Shown piece after piece: positions 46,181-54,614 of a stretch of DNA of 64,000 nt (positions are counted from its first letter, which is position 1; every line of letters begins with the position of its first letter). The DNA lies in IMG/VR virus record IMGVR_UViG_3300045988_125651. One strand, 5' to 3'. The stretch comes from a virus. The notes below the pieces were generated by a model. The model searched no databases and was not told the origin of the DNA. It was given only the letters and a program-made list of their open reading frames with translations. A program made the position numbers and the translations under genes.

Positions 46181-46503
46181 TTTGATATACTTTTTATTTC
46201 TTCCACAATCTTGTTGAACTCTTCGAGGGTGTCGGCAGTGTAGTGGACACCATTGAAGCGGATGAAGGCTGCAAAGTCCGTATTGGTTTTCGCTTCTTCC
46301 GTTTCTTCTCCTAAGAGTTGTACGACAGACACGCCAAGTACTTTCGCTATCTTATAAAGCGTGCCTATACTTGGAGTTGTCTTGTTGTTTATGAGATTAC
46401 TTGCCGTTACTTCTGTTACTCCTATTTGCGCTGCAAATTCCTTAGAAGACATAGACAAATGTTCTTTTATATGCAATTTAATATCGGTCTGCTTGAACGC
46501 CAT
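46177..46503 (-). CDS. XRE/CI-type helix-turn-helix repressor
   Basis: SKEFAAQIGVTEVTASNLINNKTTPSIGTLYKIAKVLGVSVVQLL is a classic HTH_3 pattern. It is divergent from the early genes. Confidence 0.85.
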   Translation of the reverse strand: MAFKQTDIKLHIKEHLSMSSKEFAAQIGVTEVTASNLINNKTTPSIGTLYKIAKVLGVSVVQLLGEETEEAKTNTDFAAFIRFNGVHYTADTLEEFNKIVEEIKSISK

Positions 46504-46720
46504 ATAATATTACCTTAATGTTTTAGTCTGCAAAGATACAATAATTAAAGTAATATTTGTATTAATAACTGTGAATTTAAGGTAGAATTATATTTATTAA
46601 CGTTAAAATAAAGGTAATATTTTACCAAAAGCTTGTTTTTGTTATAATTTTACCTTAACTTTGCAATCGTAATCAAGAGATTACTTCAACATTAGTATTA
46701 ACATTCTAAACTCATACACT
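46504..46720. promoter_or_regulatory. Divergent promoter/operator region
   Basis: -7 boxes TATCTTTG (minus strand, 46531-46538) and TAACTTTG (plus strand, 46656-46663). TACCTTAA/TTAAGGTA sites at 46511-46518, 46577-46584 and 46651-46658. Near-palindrome GGTAATATTTTACC at 46613-46626. Confidence 0.6.
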
Positions 46721-46897
46721 ATGGAAGAGAAAACAGTAACACTAACAAGCGATGATGTCACCAATATTACATTCTTGATATTTGATGAGATAGATCTTCT
46801 TGATTCTCGCATAAAAGTTTTAGGCGAAAAGAGCGCACCGCTATTAGTTGAAAAAAGAGAGGTTCTTCGTGCCCTCTTTAAGAAATTGACTAAGTAA
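46721..46897 (+). CDS. 58-aa hypothetical early protein
   Basis: First ATG after the rightward -7 box. It is just below the track's size cutoff. Confidence 0.45.
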   Translation: MEEKTVTLTSDDVTNITFLIFDEIDLLDSRIKVLGEKSAPLLVEKREVLRALFKKLTK

Positions 46898-46924
46898 CAT
46901 ATAACAATTAAAACACATACAATT

Positions 46925-47254
46925 ATGGAGATTTACAAAATTAAGAGAAACGAATGCGAGGTAAATGTAATATTTACAGGTAAGCAATACATCTTCCACA
47001 ACTCATACTTCGGTATACTCGCTGTGGCAACACGAAAAGGCTATAAGGATGAAGAAATGCACACCTTTATTCTTGAGTACGGAAACGAAAACACGTTAGG
47101 AGGTTCATTTGGTGATAGCTATTGCGAAACAATGGCAAAGCAGTTCATCAACAAGACAGAATCACAATACGTGAAGTGTAAAACTTATTACGAAGTTGTG
47201 AAAGTTGACGTGAACATAAAATATTATATAGATATATTGGCAAAGGAACGCTAA
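46925..47254 (+). CDS. Hypothetical early protein
   Basis: 109-aa ORF followed by a GC hairpin. Confidence 0.5.
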   Translation: MEIYKIKRNECEVNVIFTGKQYIFHNSYFGILAVATRKGYKDEEMHTFILEYGNENTLGGSFGDSYCETMAKQFINKTESQYVKCKTYYEVVKVDVNIKYYIDILAKER

Positions 47255-47264
47255 TTGAAGATAA

Positions 47265-47283
47265 GGAGGGGCGTTGCCCCTCC
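47265..47283. terminator. GC-rich mini-hairpin (family member C)
   Basis: GGAGGGGC-gtt-GCCCCTCC, 11 nt after the stop at 47254. Confidence 0.5.
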
Positions 47284-47366
47284 AATAACCACACCACAGC
47301 CGTGACCGAGAGAAAGGCAAGCGGAGCGAGACCGCACACGGCACAAACTTTTAAAAACATACAGAT

Positions 47367-47456
47367 ATGATAGAACTTATAATTGTAGTTATGCTTGTAT
47401 CTTATATATCAGGCATTTACGTCGGCAGACATTGGCACGAATTCACACAGGAATAA
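47367..47456 (+). CDS. 29-aa hydrophobic peptide (tentative)
   Basis: MIELIIVVMLVSYISGIYVGRHWHEFTQE, followed 13 nt later by GC hairpin B. Confidence 0.25.
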   Translation: MIELIIVVMLVSYISGIYVGRHWHEFTQE

Positions 47457-47468
47457 ATCGGAAGACAA

Positions 47469-47484
47469 GGGGGCTGCCGCCCCC
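47469..47484. terminator. GC-rich mini-hairpin (family member B)
   Basis: GGGGGC-tgcc-GCCCCC, with AAGG/CCAA flanks like member A. Confidence 0.45.
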
Positions 47485-47508
47485 AACGCTTCGCCAAACT
47501 TAAAAATT

Positions 47509-47697
47509 ATGGCAAAGACACGTATCGCCACATTGACACCGATAGACGCTTTATTATTGCGTGAGGTATTCAACGAGTATATAGAGAGCAAACAAAAACT
47601 CCTTAAACACAAGAACCTCGCCCCCATAACACGTCATTTCATCCAAGAGAGAATAGACAACATTACAGAACTCAAAATTAAAATATTCAAGCAATGA
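47509..47697 (+). CDS. Hypothetical early protein
   Basis: ATG (MAKTRIATL) within track ORF 47395..47697. The upstream part is occupied by the hairpin. Confidence 0.45.
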   Translation: MAKTRIATLTPIDALLLREVFNEYIESKQKLLKHKNLAPITRHFIQERIDNITELKIKIFKQ

Positions 47698-47924
47698 ACA
47701 AAGTATTTTTAATCCTACTTATAGCAAGCGCAGCACTTGCAGTAGTACAGGCACACCAACTCGCAGAAGCGCAGTACGACAGAGAGCAGATAAAAGAAGA
47801 TGTACGTTTACTTATGAACGACATCGACGAGTACGGAGATATCGACACCTACACAGGCTCAGACCATTTCGAGCGTCTGTACGAGTGGTCGCACAACATC
47901 AAGCGCAATGATAAAGATAAATAA
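47694..47924 (+). CDS. Small protein with N-terminal signal/TM
   Basis: MNKVFLILLIASAALAVVQA. ATGA overlap with the upstream gene. Confidence 0.5.
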   Translation: MNKVFLILLIASAALAVVQAHQLAEAQYDREQIKEDVRLLMNDIDEYGDIDTYTGSDHFERLYEWSHNIKRNDKDK

Positions 47925-48126
47925 CGTCACGTACGATGTGGGCTTGACAGACGACGATGTGGCAGGCATAATGTGGTACTTCCGCTGCAATGCGAGAATC
48001 CGACTATTTTGGACGAAGCAAGACCTTGTTGCCCACGTCCGCAAGATACAGAACAAGATAGTCAAGCGTGAGGTGCTTGCGATGATATCCAAGCTACACG
48101 GCAGAGCTGTCTGTTACGCACGTTAG
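47908..48126 (+). CDS. Hypothetical early protein
   Basis: 72-aa ORF overlapping the upstream gene by 17 nt. Confidence 0.4.
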   Translation: MIKINNVTYDVGLTDDDVAGIMWYFRCNARIRLFWTKQDLVAHVRKIQNKIVKREVLAMISKLHGRAVCYAR

Positions 48127-48204
48127 CAACCATCCGTTGGGGAAAAGAAACCATTTCGGAGCGACACCGACAACGGAGCAATATAAACTTTAAACATTAC
48201 AATT

Positions 48205-48552
48205 ATGAAGACAAGCATTATTCCATGTCCTATCAACGAGAAAGACTTATGCAGCGACACCCTATTTGACGGTCTATTTGATAATAGTCAGTACGTAGAG
48301 AAAGGAAACAGATATGTCGGTTTTATCTGCGACCAAGTCGCAAAGATTGAGTATGACAACAACTTCGTTCACATGTCATTCGAAAGCACAATACACGATA
48401 GAGAGACAAAGCAAATCGAAGAGTGGGCACGTGAGATAGAAGACAGCTACAACGAAAATCTGATAGACGAAGATGTGCGGTTAAATGTACGCTTTAAAGT
48501 CTTTGCGAAGTCTTGCGATGTATACTTCGAATATTTCATCAACGAGAAGTAA
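48205..48552 (+). CDS. Hypothetical acidic early protein
   Basis: 115-aa ORF. Confidence 0.5.
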   Translation: MKTSIIPCPINEKDLCSDTLFDGLFDNSQYVEKGNRYVGFICDQVAKIEYDNNFVHMSFESTIHDRETKQIEEWAREIEDSYNENLIDEDVRLNVRFKVFAKSCDVYFEYFINEK

Positions 48553-48642
48553 CCCCACAGGCTGAATGTGGTTCAAGCCACTCCACTTCGATGCAAGGTC
48601 GGAGCAGCCACCAATATTAATAACAATTTAAATCATACTATT

Positions 48643-48831
48643 ATGGCAAAGTACAAAGTATTGGTTGTTGAAACCTTAAGAAAAGAGGTTGTTATCGAGG
48701 CTAATAGCGCAAAAGAGGCAAAGGCTATCGCTAACGATATACGCAGCAAAGGAGAGCTAATCCTTACGGCTGATGATTTTGATAGCTTCTCAATCCATTG
48801 TTGTGAAACTTGTAAAATTAACGAAAAATAG
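48643..48831 (+). CDS. Hypothetical small protein
   Basis: ATG (MAKYKVLVVE) within track ORF 48568..48831. Confidence 0.45.
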   Translation: MAKYKVLVVETLRKEVVIEANSAKEAKAIANDIRSKGELILTADDFDSFSIHCCETCKINEK

Positions 48832-48838
48832 AAGCACT

Positions 48839-49207
48839 ATGACATTACAGGAATATCTTGAAACCAAGTTGGGCAAAATGGCAAGCCAAGACCCCAATTT
48901 CCGTGAACGCTACAACGACAAGCAGAAGTCCATAACCGATTGCATCCGCTACATTACACAACAGGCACGCAAGCAAGCGGTTAATAACTGCGCTGCCATA
49001 TCCGATGAAGATATACTTCAGATGGCAGTCCACTATTACCAAGAGAAGGACGTCAATCCAACTAAGGACACACCTAAGGCTAAGGTAGTGGCAGCAGCAC
49101 CCAAGCAAGACAAGCCACAGCCTGTCCTTATCCCCAAGCCACAACCCAAGAAAAAGGCTAAGAAAGTAGACAACTCATTACAACTTGATTTATTTGGAGA
49201 ATTTTAA
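48839..49207 (+). CDS. PcfK-like protein
   Basis: YLETK...SITDCIRYITQQARK...ISDEDILQMAVHYYQEKDV...LQLDLFGEF matches my recollection of PcfK-like proteins from Bacteroides mobile elements. Confidence 0.5.
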   Translation: MTLQEYLETKLGKMASQDPNFRERYNDKQKSITDCIRYITQQARKQAVNNCAAISDEDILQMAVHYYQEKDVNPTKDTPKAKVVAAAPKQDKPQPVLIPKPQPKKKAKKVDNSLQLDLFGEF

Positions 49208-49208
49208 T

Positions 49209-50405
49209 ATGAAACCACGCAACAAGATAGAACAAGAGGTCGTTAACCTCTCACACAAGTTAGGCGAGATAGGCAAACGTGACAACGCTCGTCTAATCCG
49301 CAATACATACGGCTCTTGCAAGTTCGAGGATATGTACAACCGATGCTATGCCGTTATCAACCAATCTTACAAAGGTTGGCAAGTGCTCAGATATTTCCGT
49401 ATCGACCGTCACGGCAAGCGTGATATTTCCTATAGTACATGGGAGGTTTTCCAACTATGGAACAAGGTAGGCGAAAAGCAGATACTTATAGCACGTCAGA
49501 GAGCGTTCCATTATTACGTAGACGCTTTCCTCCTTTCCTCCCCAATGGAGATACGGCAAAACCCCAAATACTGCGCATCGTGGCTGCACTTCACCGATGT
49601 AGGCTTTTCCTACATGTACGACAAGTCCATCGACGGCACATACAAGTATTGCGACAGCCTCATACCCACCAACGAGCGCAAGCAGTGGTATCGTTTCCTG
49701 TCCGTAGACAAGTTTGCCGAGACAATCCTCAAGCAGCGTCACGAACTTGCCGAGTACATGCTTACCAACAACATCACCGACAAGGCATACATACAGGCAG
49801 TCCGCATTATGTTCCGACACAACTATGTGCCAATGAACGAAGGGCACACGGCATACAATATCTACTTCGACATGCTACAAAACATGAAGTATATAGGTTG
49901 CGACCTCTCTAACCCTCATTTCGTGTGTCCCGACAATCTCATGCACACGCACGACTGGGCATTGCACACTCGCCAAGCTCTTGAAGCCAAGCGCAAGTCT
50001 AAAGCCGAGCACGAAAAGGAGATACAGCGCATCAAGTGCGCTATGGATAAGAACGAGAAGTACATCAAGGCTCGTAGCTGCTTCTTCGACATGAACATCA
50101 GCGACAATCTAATCTCGTGCCACGTCCTACAATCGGTAGACGAGTTCTACGAGGAAGGCACAGCCATGCACCATTGCGTATATGCCAACAAGTATTACGA
50201 CAAGCCTAACTCGCTTATTCTTTCCGCTCGTATCAACGACAAGCGTATTGAGACAGTAGAGGTAGACCTTAAGCAGATGAAGGTAGTTCAGTGCTACGGT
50301 GCTTGCGACAAGTTCACGCTCTATCACGACCGCATTGTCAATCTCGTCAACAACAATATGGATACAATAAAACAATGTCTAACATCTAAACAAATAGCAA
50401 TATGA
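49209..50405 (+). CDS. PcfJ-like protein
   Basis: C-terminal EEGTAMHHCVYANKYYDKPNSLILSARINDKRIETVEV resembles the PcfJ-like domain. It is adjacent to the PcfK-like gene, as in conjugative elements. Confidence 0.5.
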   Translation: MKPRNKIEQEVVNLSHKLGEIGKRDNARLIRNTYGSCKFEDMYNRCYAVINQSYKGWQVLRYFRIDRHGKRDISYSTWEVFQLWNKVGEKQILIARQRAFHYYVDAFLLSSPMEIRQNPKYCASWLHFTDVGFSYMYDKSIDGTYKYCDSLIPTNERKQWYRFLSVDKFAETILKQRHELAEYMLTNNITDKAYIQAVRIMFRHNYVPMNEGHTAYNIYFDMLQNMKYIGCDLSNPHFVCPDNLMHTHDWALHTRQALEAKRKSKAEHEKEIQRIKCAMDKNEKYIKARSCFFDMNISDNLISCHVLQSVDEFYEEGTAMHHCVYANKYYDKPNSLILSARINDKRIETVEVDLKQMKVVQCYGACDKFTLYHDRIVNLVNNNMDTIKQCLTSKQIAI

Positions 50406-50800
50406 CAAGACAAGAAATCTACAAATCACGCTTTCGTTCACTTAACACGGCTGAGAAGAAACGTATTCTCAGCCGACTTTTCCCCGACGGCTACATTGAG
50501 TGCAAGGACGATTTGCCCGACGAGCAGACTTTTGCCGGTTACACCGAGGATTACGGACTTATCGAAGTCAGATTTTCCCTGTTCGACAGCCGTATAGACA
50601 TATCACGTAATTTCGAGACGGACAGAGAAAAGTGGCTGTTCATCAACGACATCACCAACAGAGCCCTTGCCAAGGACAATGTCTACACCAAGGATGTCCA
50701 TAAGTTTCCGTTCGACAACAACTCCAACTACTTCGTAGCGGATATGAACAAACGAGCGTTCTTCATTGGACTAAACCCAAACAAATTACAAGCAAATTAA
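50402..50800 (+). CDS. Hypothetical protein
   Basis: 132-aa ORF. ATGA overlap with the upstream gene. Confidence 0.5.
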   Translation: MTRQEIYKSRFRSLNTAEKKRILSRLFPDGYIECKDDLPDEQTFAGYTEDYGLIEVRFSLFDSRIDISRNFETDREKWLFINDITNRALAKDNVYTKDVHKFPFDNNSNYFVADMNKRAFFIGLNPNKLQAN

Positions 50801-50813
50801 AACCATATAAATT

Positions 50814-51086
50814 ATGAAAAAGCAAACATTCACTTTTCAGTTCCCTTTATCAGGAGAAACAATCACACGTGAACTCAACCTACTCGCAGTAAAGGACGCT
50901 ACTATCAAATATCTCCGCAAGCAGTCGGAAGTTCGTGGGGACATTTGTCTTGTGTCTGACGAGAAAGGCGAGATTGTGGCAATGGCGCACATCGACGAAC
51001 ACATGAAGGTGAAGTTCTTCACCGAGGACGACAGCGTTTCAGACATCAAAGCCATAGGGGATATTTCCCTTGAAGCCAACACCTAA
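50814..51086 (+). CDS. Hypothetical protein
   Basis: 90-aa ORF. Confidence 0.5.
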   Translation: MKKQTFTFQFPLSGETITRELNLLAVKDATIKYLRKQSEVRGDICLVSDEKGEIVAMAHIDEHMKVKFFTEDDSVSDIKAIGDISLEANT

Positions 51087-51100
51087 CCGTAAATTTTTAT

Positions 51101-51108
51101 TAACTTTG
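51101..51108 (+). promoter_or_regulatory. -7 box TAACTTTG
   Basis: Exact TAnnTTTG match 25 nt upstream of the mini-ORF ATG. Confidence 0.45.
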
Positions 51109-51132
51109 CAAAACAGAAAGGAGGTATCCATT

Positions 51133-51195
51133 ATGAACGCTAAAGAATGGTGCATAGTAATAGTATTTATCTTAGCTTTGATACTTGCCTGTTAG
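51133..51195 (+). CDS. 20-aa hydrophobic peptide mini-gene
   Basis: MNAKEWCIVIVFILALILAC, preceded by AAAGGAGGT 7 nt upstream and followed by a hairpin plus a T-rich run. Confidence 0.4.
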   Translation: MNAKEWCIVIVFILALILAC

Positions 51196-51208
51196 GGCAT
51201 AACCAATG

Positions 51209-51245
51209 GCGAGTCATGACAATCTTGTGGCTCGCTATTTCTTTC
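51209..51245 (+). terminator. Hairpin and T-rich tail after the mini-gene
   Basis: GCGAGTCA / TGGCTCGC (one G-U pair), then TATTTCTTTC. Confidence 0.4.
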
Positions 51246-51267
51246 AACACCAAACACTCTTAATCAT

Positions 51268-51963
51268 ATGAAATCAATAATAGTAATATACGACGACCTC
51301 TTCGAACTCGACCGCACCGAGGTTGCCTATCAAGGCGAGACGCAACTGAAGTCAATCGTCAAGTCTCTCATGTCCGACTATCCTGAGAGTGAGAAAGCGG
51401 AAGTCTACAACAAAATTACACAGAACCTCATACTTGCCTATCGACGTGACAGCAAAGGCAACCTTGTTGAGATAGAGCGATACGTCCGCAAGCGAGCCGT
51501 TAGCCACGCCCCTCGCAACACCGTCAAGCTATACACGCAGCGCATGACGTTTTGGATGGAGCCAGCTGTCTACGAGCGACTTGATGCGCTAAGAGGAAAG
51601 CGAGCTAAGTATGTTCGTGATGCAGTAGTCGAGAAGTTGGAGCGTGAAGGCAATCCACTTCCTCCCGACCCATGTCCCAAGGCAGAAGGACACCCCGACC
51701 GTCGCTATCATCGAATGTTCAAGAACTTGCCTCAAAGCATACGCACATACGATGCACGTGTCACCTACCGCTCACCGCTCACCATCACCAAGACCCCCGA
51801 AAATCTTTGGCGAGTGTCCTATGGAGAATACTCCACCCTACAAGGCGCACCATCCACCGAAAACAAAGACCTTCTCTCGGCTCTCGAATGGCTCGACATG
51901 TGGATTAAGAAATACGGCAACAAATGGATTGTCGGAAAAGTGATAGAGGATGAGGAGAAATAA
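51268..51963 (+). CDS. Hypothetical protein with central ribbon-helix-helix-like segment
   Basis: MTFWMEPAVYERLDALRGKRAKYVRDAVVEKLERE resembles CopG/Arc RHH. Confidence 0.4.
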   Translation: MKSIIVIYDDLFELDRTEVAYQGETQLKSIVKSLMSDYPESEKAEVYNKITQNLILAYRRDSKGNLVEIERYVRKRAVSHAPRNTVKLYTQRMTFWMEPAVYERLDALRGKRAKYVRDAVVEKLEREGNPLPPDPCPKAEGHPDRRYHRMFKNLPQSIRTYDARVTYRSPLTITKTPENLWRVSYGEYSTLQGAPSTENKDLLSALEWLDMWIKKYGNKWIVGKVIEDEEK

Positions 51964-51995
51964 CCTCCCCATCTTTTTTACTTTTTAATAGATAC

Positions 51996-52565
51996 ATGTC
52001 AATAAAACGTACATTTGTTTACAAACTCTTTATAAACTCTTTCATCTTGTTATTATTTTCGCTATATTTACGTTTTTCTGAAACAATAAGGCTTATGAAA
52101 GAGTTTCCCAAACAAACAACAACAGAGGTGAGCGTAGTTCTCAACCGCTCAATCTTCTTCTTTTACGAGAAGTCTCTAAGATACGTGCCTGTCTTCCTCA
52201 TGCTATGCCATTGGTATGGAGTATACAGCTTTCACGACAATCCACGCGAGATACTCATAGACATTCGTGAGAACGAGGAATGCATTGCCTACCTATATTT
52301 CATGGTTTACGTATTCCCCGTTGTCTTCATGCTCCCTGCAAGCCACTTCTTCAAGCTATGTTGGATATGGCGCATACCTTTTATTTACATCATCGGCACC
52401 AATGCCATACGGCTCTATTACGGCTCATGGCTCATAACTAACGAAATGTACGATGCCGACTTCATCCTTATCCTCATGACCTTGGCTCTGTATGTCTGTG
52501 CCTTCGTACAGGTGACATGCCGCATCTTCCGACACAACAGAACGTCTAACACTAAAACCAAATAA
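51996..52565 (+). CDS. Multi-pass membrane protein
   Basis: Several hydrophobic helices. An alternative start is at 52095. Confidence 0.5.
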   Translation: MSIKRTFVYKLFINSFILLLFSLYLRFSETIRLMKEFPKQTTTEVSVVLNRSIFFFYEKSLRYVPVFLMLCHWYGVYSFHDNPREILIDIRENEECIAYLYFMVYVFPVVFMLPASHFFKLCWIWRIPFIYIIGTNAIRLYYGSWLITNEMYDADFILILMTLALYVCAFVQVTCRIFRHNRTSNTKTK

Positions 52566-52567
52566 CT

Positions 52568-53032
52568 ATGAATGTACGCAACTTACTTGCTGACGCTTTC
52601 GATAGCGCAGCTTCACGCATCCGCAACAACTCATGCGGAATGACAGACCAAGAAATGGAGGCAGCTCTACACAAAATGCTCTATCTGCTCGACTCCGACC
52701 ATCATTTCAACGAAGACAACGCACGTGCTGCCATCGCCCAAATGTACTACTTCTATGACGACACGCACAAGCGTTATGCACCGTTCTTCCCCTACGAGGA
52801 TATACGTGCAGCTTACGACAAGATGTATCTTTCCTTGCCCGACGATTACAATTTCTGGGATTTCTGCGTCACCGTCAACCTCATGTACTCAAACCACATC
52901 GAAACACTCCGCTCATGGTTTCGTGACCGCAGCCGACTGCTACAGAAGTCTTGCGAACTCGCACGCAGCTTTCTCCTTGACGAGGATACCGACCACCCAT
53001 CTGATAAAATTTGGTGGTATGTGAACTCTTGA
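52568..53032 (+). CDS. Hypothetical protein
   Basis: 154-aa ORF, the last gene of the rightward early block. Confidence 0.5.
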   Translation: MNVRNLLADAFDSAASRIRNNSCGMTDQEMEAALHKMLYLLDSDHHFNEDNARAAIAQMYYFYDDTHKRYAPFFPYEDIRAAYDKMYLSLPDDYNFWDFCVTVNLMYSNHIETLRSWFRDRSRLLQKSCELARSFLLDEDTDHPSDKIWWYVNS

Positions 53033-53041
53033 TGATAAACG

Positions 53042-53090
53042 AAAAAGCGGATGGTGTAGGGGTTTTGCTTCCCTCTCCATCCGCTTTTTT
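53042..53090. terminator. Bidirectional intrinsic terminator
   Basis: AAAAAGCGGATGG...CCATCCGCTTTTTT: a 9-bp stem flanked by an A-run and a T-run, between convergent blocks. Confidence 0.8.
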
Positions 53091-53095
53091 ATGCA

Positions 53096-53791
53096 TCAAG
53101 CCTCCATATACTTCTCCACAATGTCCATGTTCAAGTCAGCTGCATATTTGCAAGCCTCCTCATACATTTCTATGTCTGCCAACTTCCTACATATTATGTC
53201 GCCAGCCAACACACAGTTGCTGTCCTTGTTGCAGTCTATGTTTCCGCCACCGCACCTCATTATCGGTGCTACAGCCTTATCCCAGTTCGCCTTTACAGCA
53301 GCAAACGAACTCTCTGCCTTGAACATTTCCGTCAAGTCAACGCCAATGTTTTTCGAACCGTCACGCAAGAACTTCCCGAACGTGTTCTCCGCAATGTCGT
53401 TCAGCGTAGATGCAGTCAGAAGATAAGATTTCAGTGTGTGCTCCTCTATTTTCTCTCTCATAAGCAGTGCGTCATAGCTCCACCTCAATTTTTGCACGTC
53501 CACCTTCATTTTGTCCGCAACAGCGTCCGACACATCAAGCCACATCTGGTACTTGTCCCACAGCTTCATCTTCATCTTGCTGTTCCAACTTTCGTATGCG
53601 CCCAGAGCAGCGTTCGCATCCTTCTTCACCTCGAACTTCCAAAATCTGCTTTCCTTCAGCAACGGCATTGCGTCTACCATCGCACTCTGTGCCAAGTTAT
53701 ATACCGAGCCTATTATTATGTAGTACATTGAACAACGCTCGTCAATGTCTTTAAGTACTCTTCGAGCAACATCAGGATGCACTGCCAACAT
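53096..53791 (-). CDS. Hypothetical helical protein
   Basis: I chose the ATG at 53791, which avoids overlap with the upstream stop at 53796. The track ORF extends to 53827. Confidence 0.45.
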   Translation of the reverse strand: MLAVHPDVARRVLKDIDERCSMYYIIIGSVYNLAQSAMVDAMPLLKESRFWKFEVKKDANAALGAYESWNSKMKMKLWDKYQMWLDVSDAVADKMKVDVQKLRWSYDALLMREKIEEHTLKSYLLTASTLNDIAENTFGKFLRDGSKNIGVDLTEMFKAESSFAAVKANWDKAVAPIMRCGGGNIDCNKDSNCVLAGDIICRKLADIEMYEEACKYAADLNMDIVEKYMEA

Positions 53792-53795
53792 ATTT

Positions 53796-54149
53796 CTACC
53801 TATTCTTGCCATACTTCTTATAATCATTACATTTCTTTCTCAAAAACGACTCTATATTTTGTTTCTCCTCCATGAGTCGCTTCTTGCTTTCGAAACTTAA
53901 AACATTTGGCTCTGCTGTGCTTACCTTACTAGTATATTTGTTGCGCACATGAATGTGAGGGTAGACTTTGTATGTGTATTTGTCAGGCAATGGGATTATA
54001 CCGAACAGCTTTCTTTGTGAGCTACGCAATATATGCCCAATCAGGAAAACCTTCTTCACCTCCTCTCCGCAAATCTTCATTTCTTTTTCTACTTCCAACA
54101 TCATGTTGCTAACAGAAACCTCTGTGCTGTAGATAATTCTTTTCTCCAT
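53796..54149 (-). CDS. Hypothetical protein
   Basis: 117-aa ORF. Confidence 0.45.
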   Translation of the reverse strand: MEKRIIYSTEVSVSNMMLEVEKEMKICGEEVKKVFLIGHILRSSQRKLFGIIPLPDKYTYKVYPHIHVRNKYTSKVSTAEPNVLSFESKKRLMEEKQNIESFLRKKCNDYKKYGKNR

Positions 54150-54200
54150 AGTGTGTTTTGCTTAATGATACAACTTAATTCCCGGTCTAACAGATTGCCG

Positions 54201-54611
54201 TTATAGACTCTCCATCTTACTGGATATTGAAAAATCTGCCTTTCCATTACTGTTTCCTTCCTTACCGCTTTGCTTGACGAACACTTGTTGTATAAATTGT
54301 TCCAACACCCTGTTGTGTCGTGCAATTCTTCTTTCCATTCGTTTTGTTTCAATAGCATCCAAAAGGGACTGTGTATACTTCGGCAAACGAAGAATAGCCT
54401 CATCAAGCCGCATGTCATAGCTTTTTAACCAGTATAAGACACGACGGTGTTTCACTTTTGTACCCTTTGAGGCATACATCCAACCTGCACGAAAGACCCA
54501 TCGTCTAAACCAATAAGGATAACGTTTGTGTCTTTTACCTCTACATTCCAGGCTATAAAGCTCATAGAAGTCACTCGCCTTAATTATCTTCTTTGCCAAT
54601 CTTGCTTTCAT
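54201..54611 (-). CDS. Hypothetical basic protein (paralog of 57380..57625)
   Basis: It shares the N-terminus MKARLAKKI(I/V)KAS and a W/R/Y-rich continuation. Confidence 0.5.
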   Translation of the reverse strand: MKARLAKKIIKASDFYELYSLECRGKRHKRYPYWFRRWVFRAGWMYASKGTKVKHRRVLYWLKSYDMRLDEAILRLPKYTQSLLDAIETKRMERRIARHNRVLEQFIQQVFVKQSGKEGNSNGKADFSISSKMESL

Positions 54612-54614
54612 AGG

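Noticed and set aside
54101-54418. 105-aa minus-strand ORF overlapping 54201..54611 and 53796..54149.
   Set aside because: It is out of frame with two better-supported genes and has no start context.
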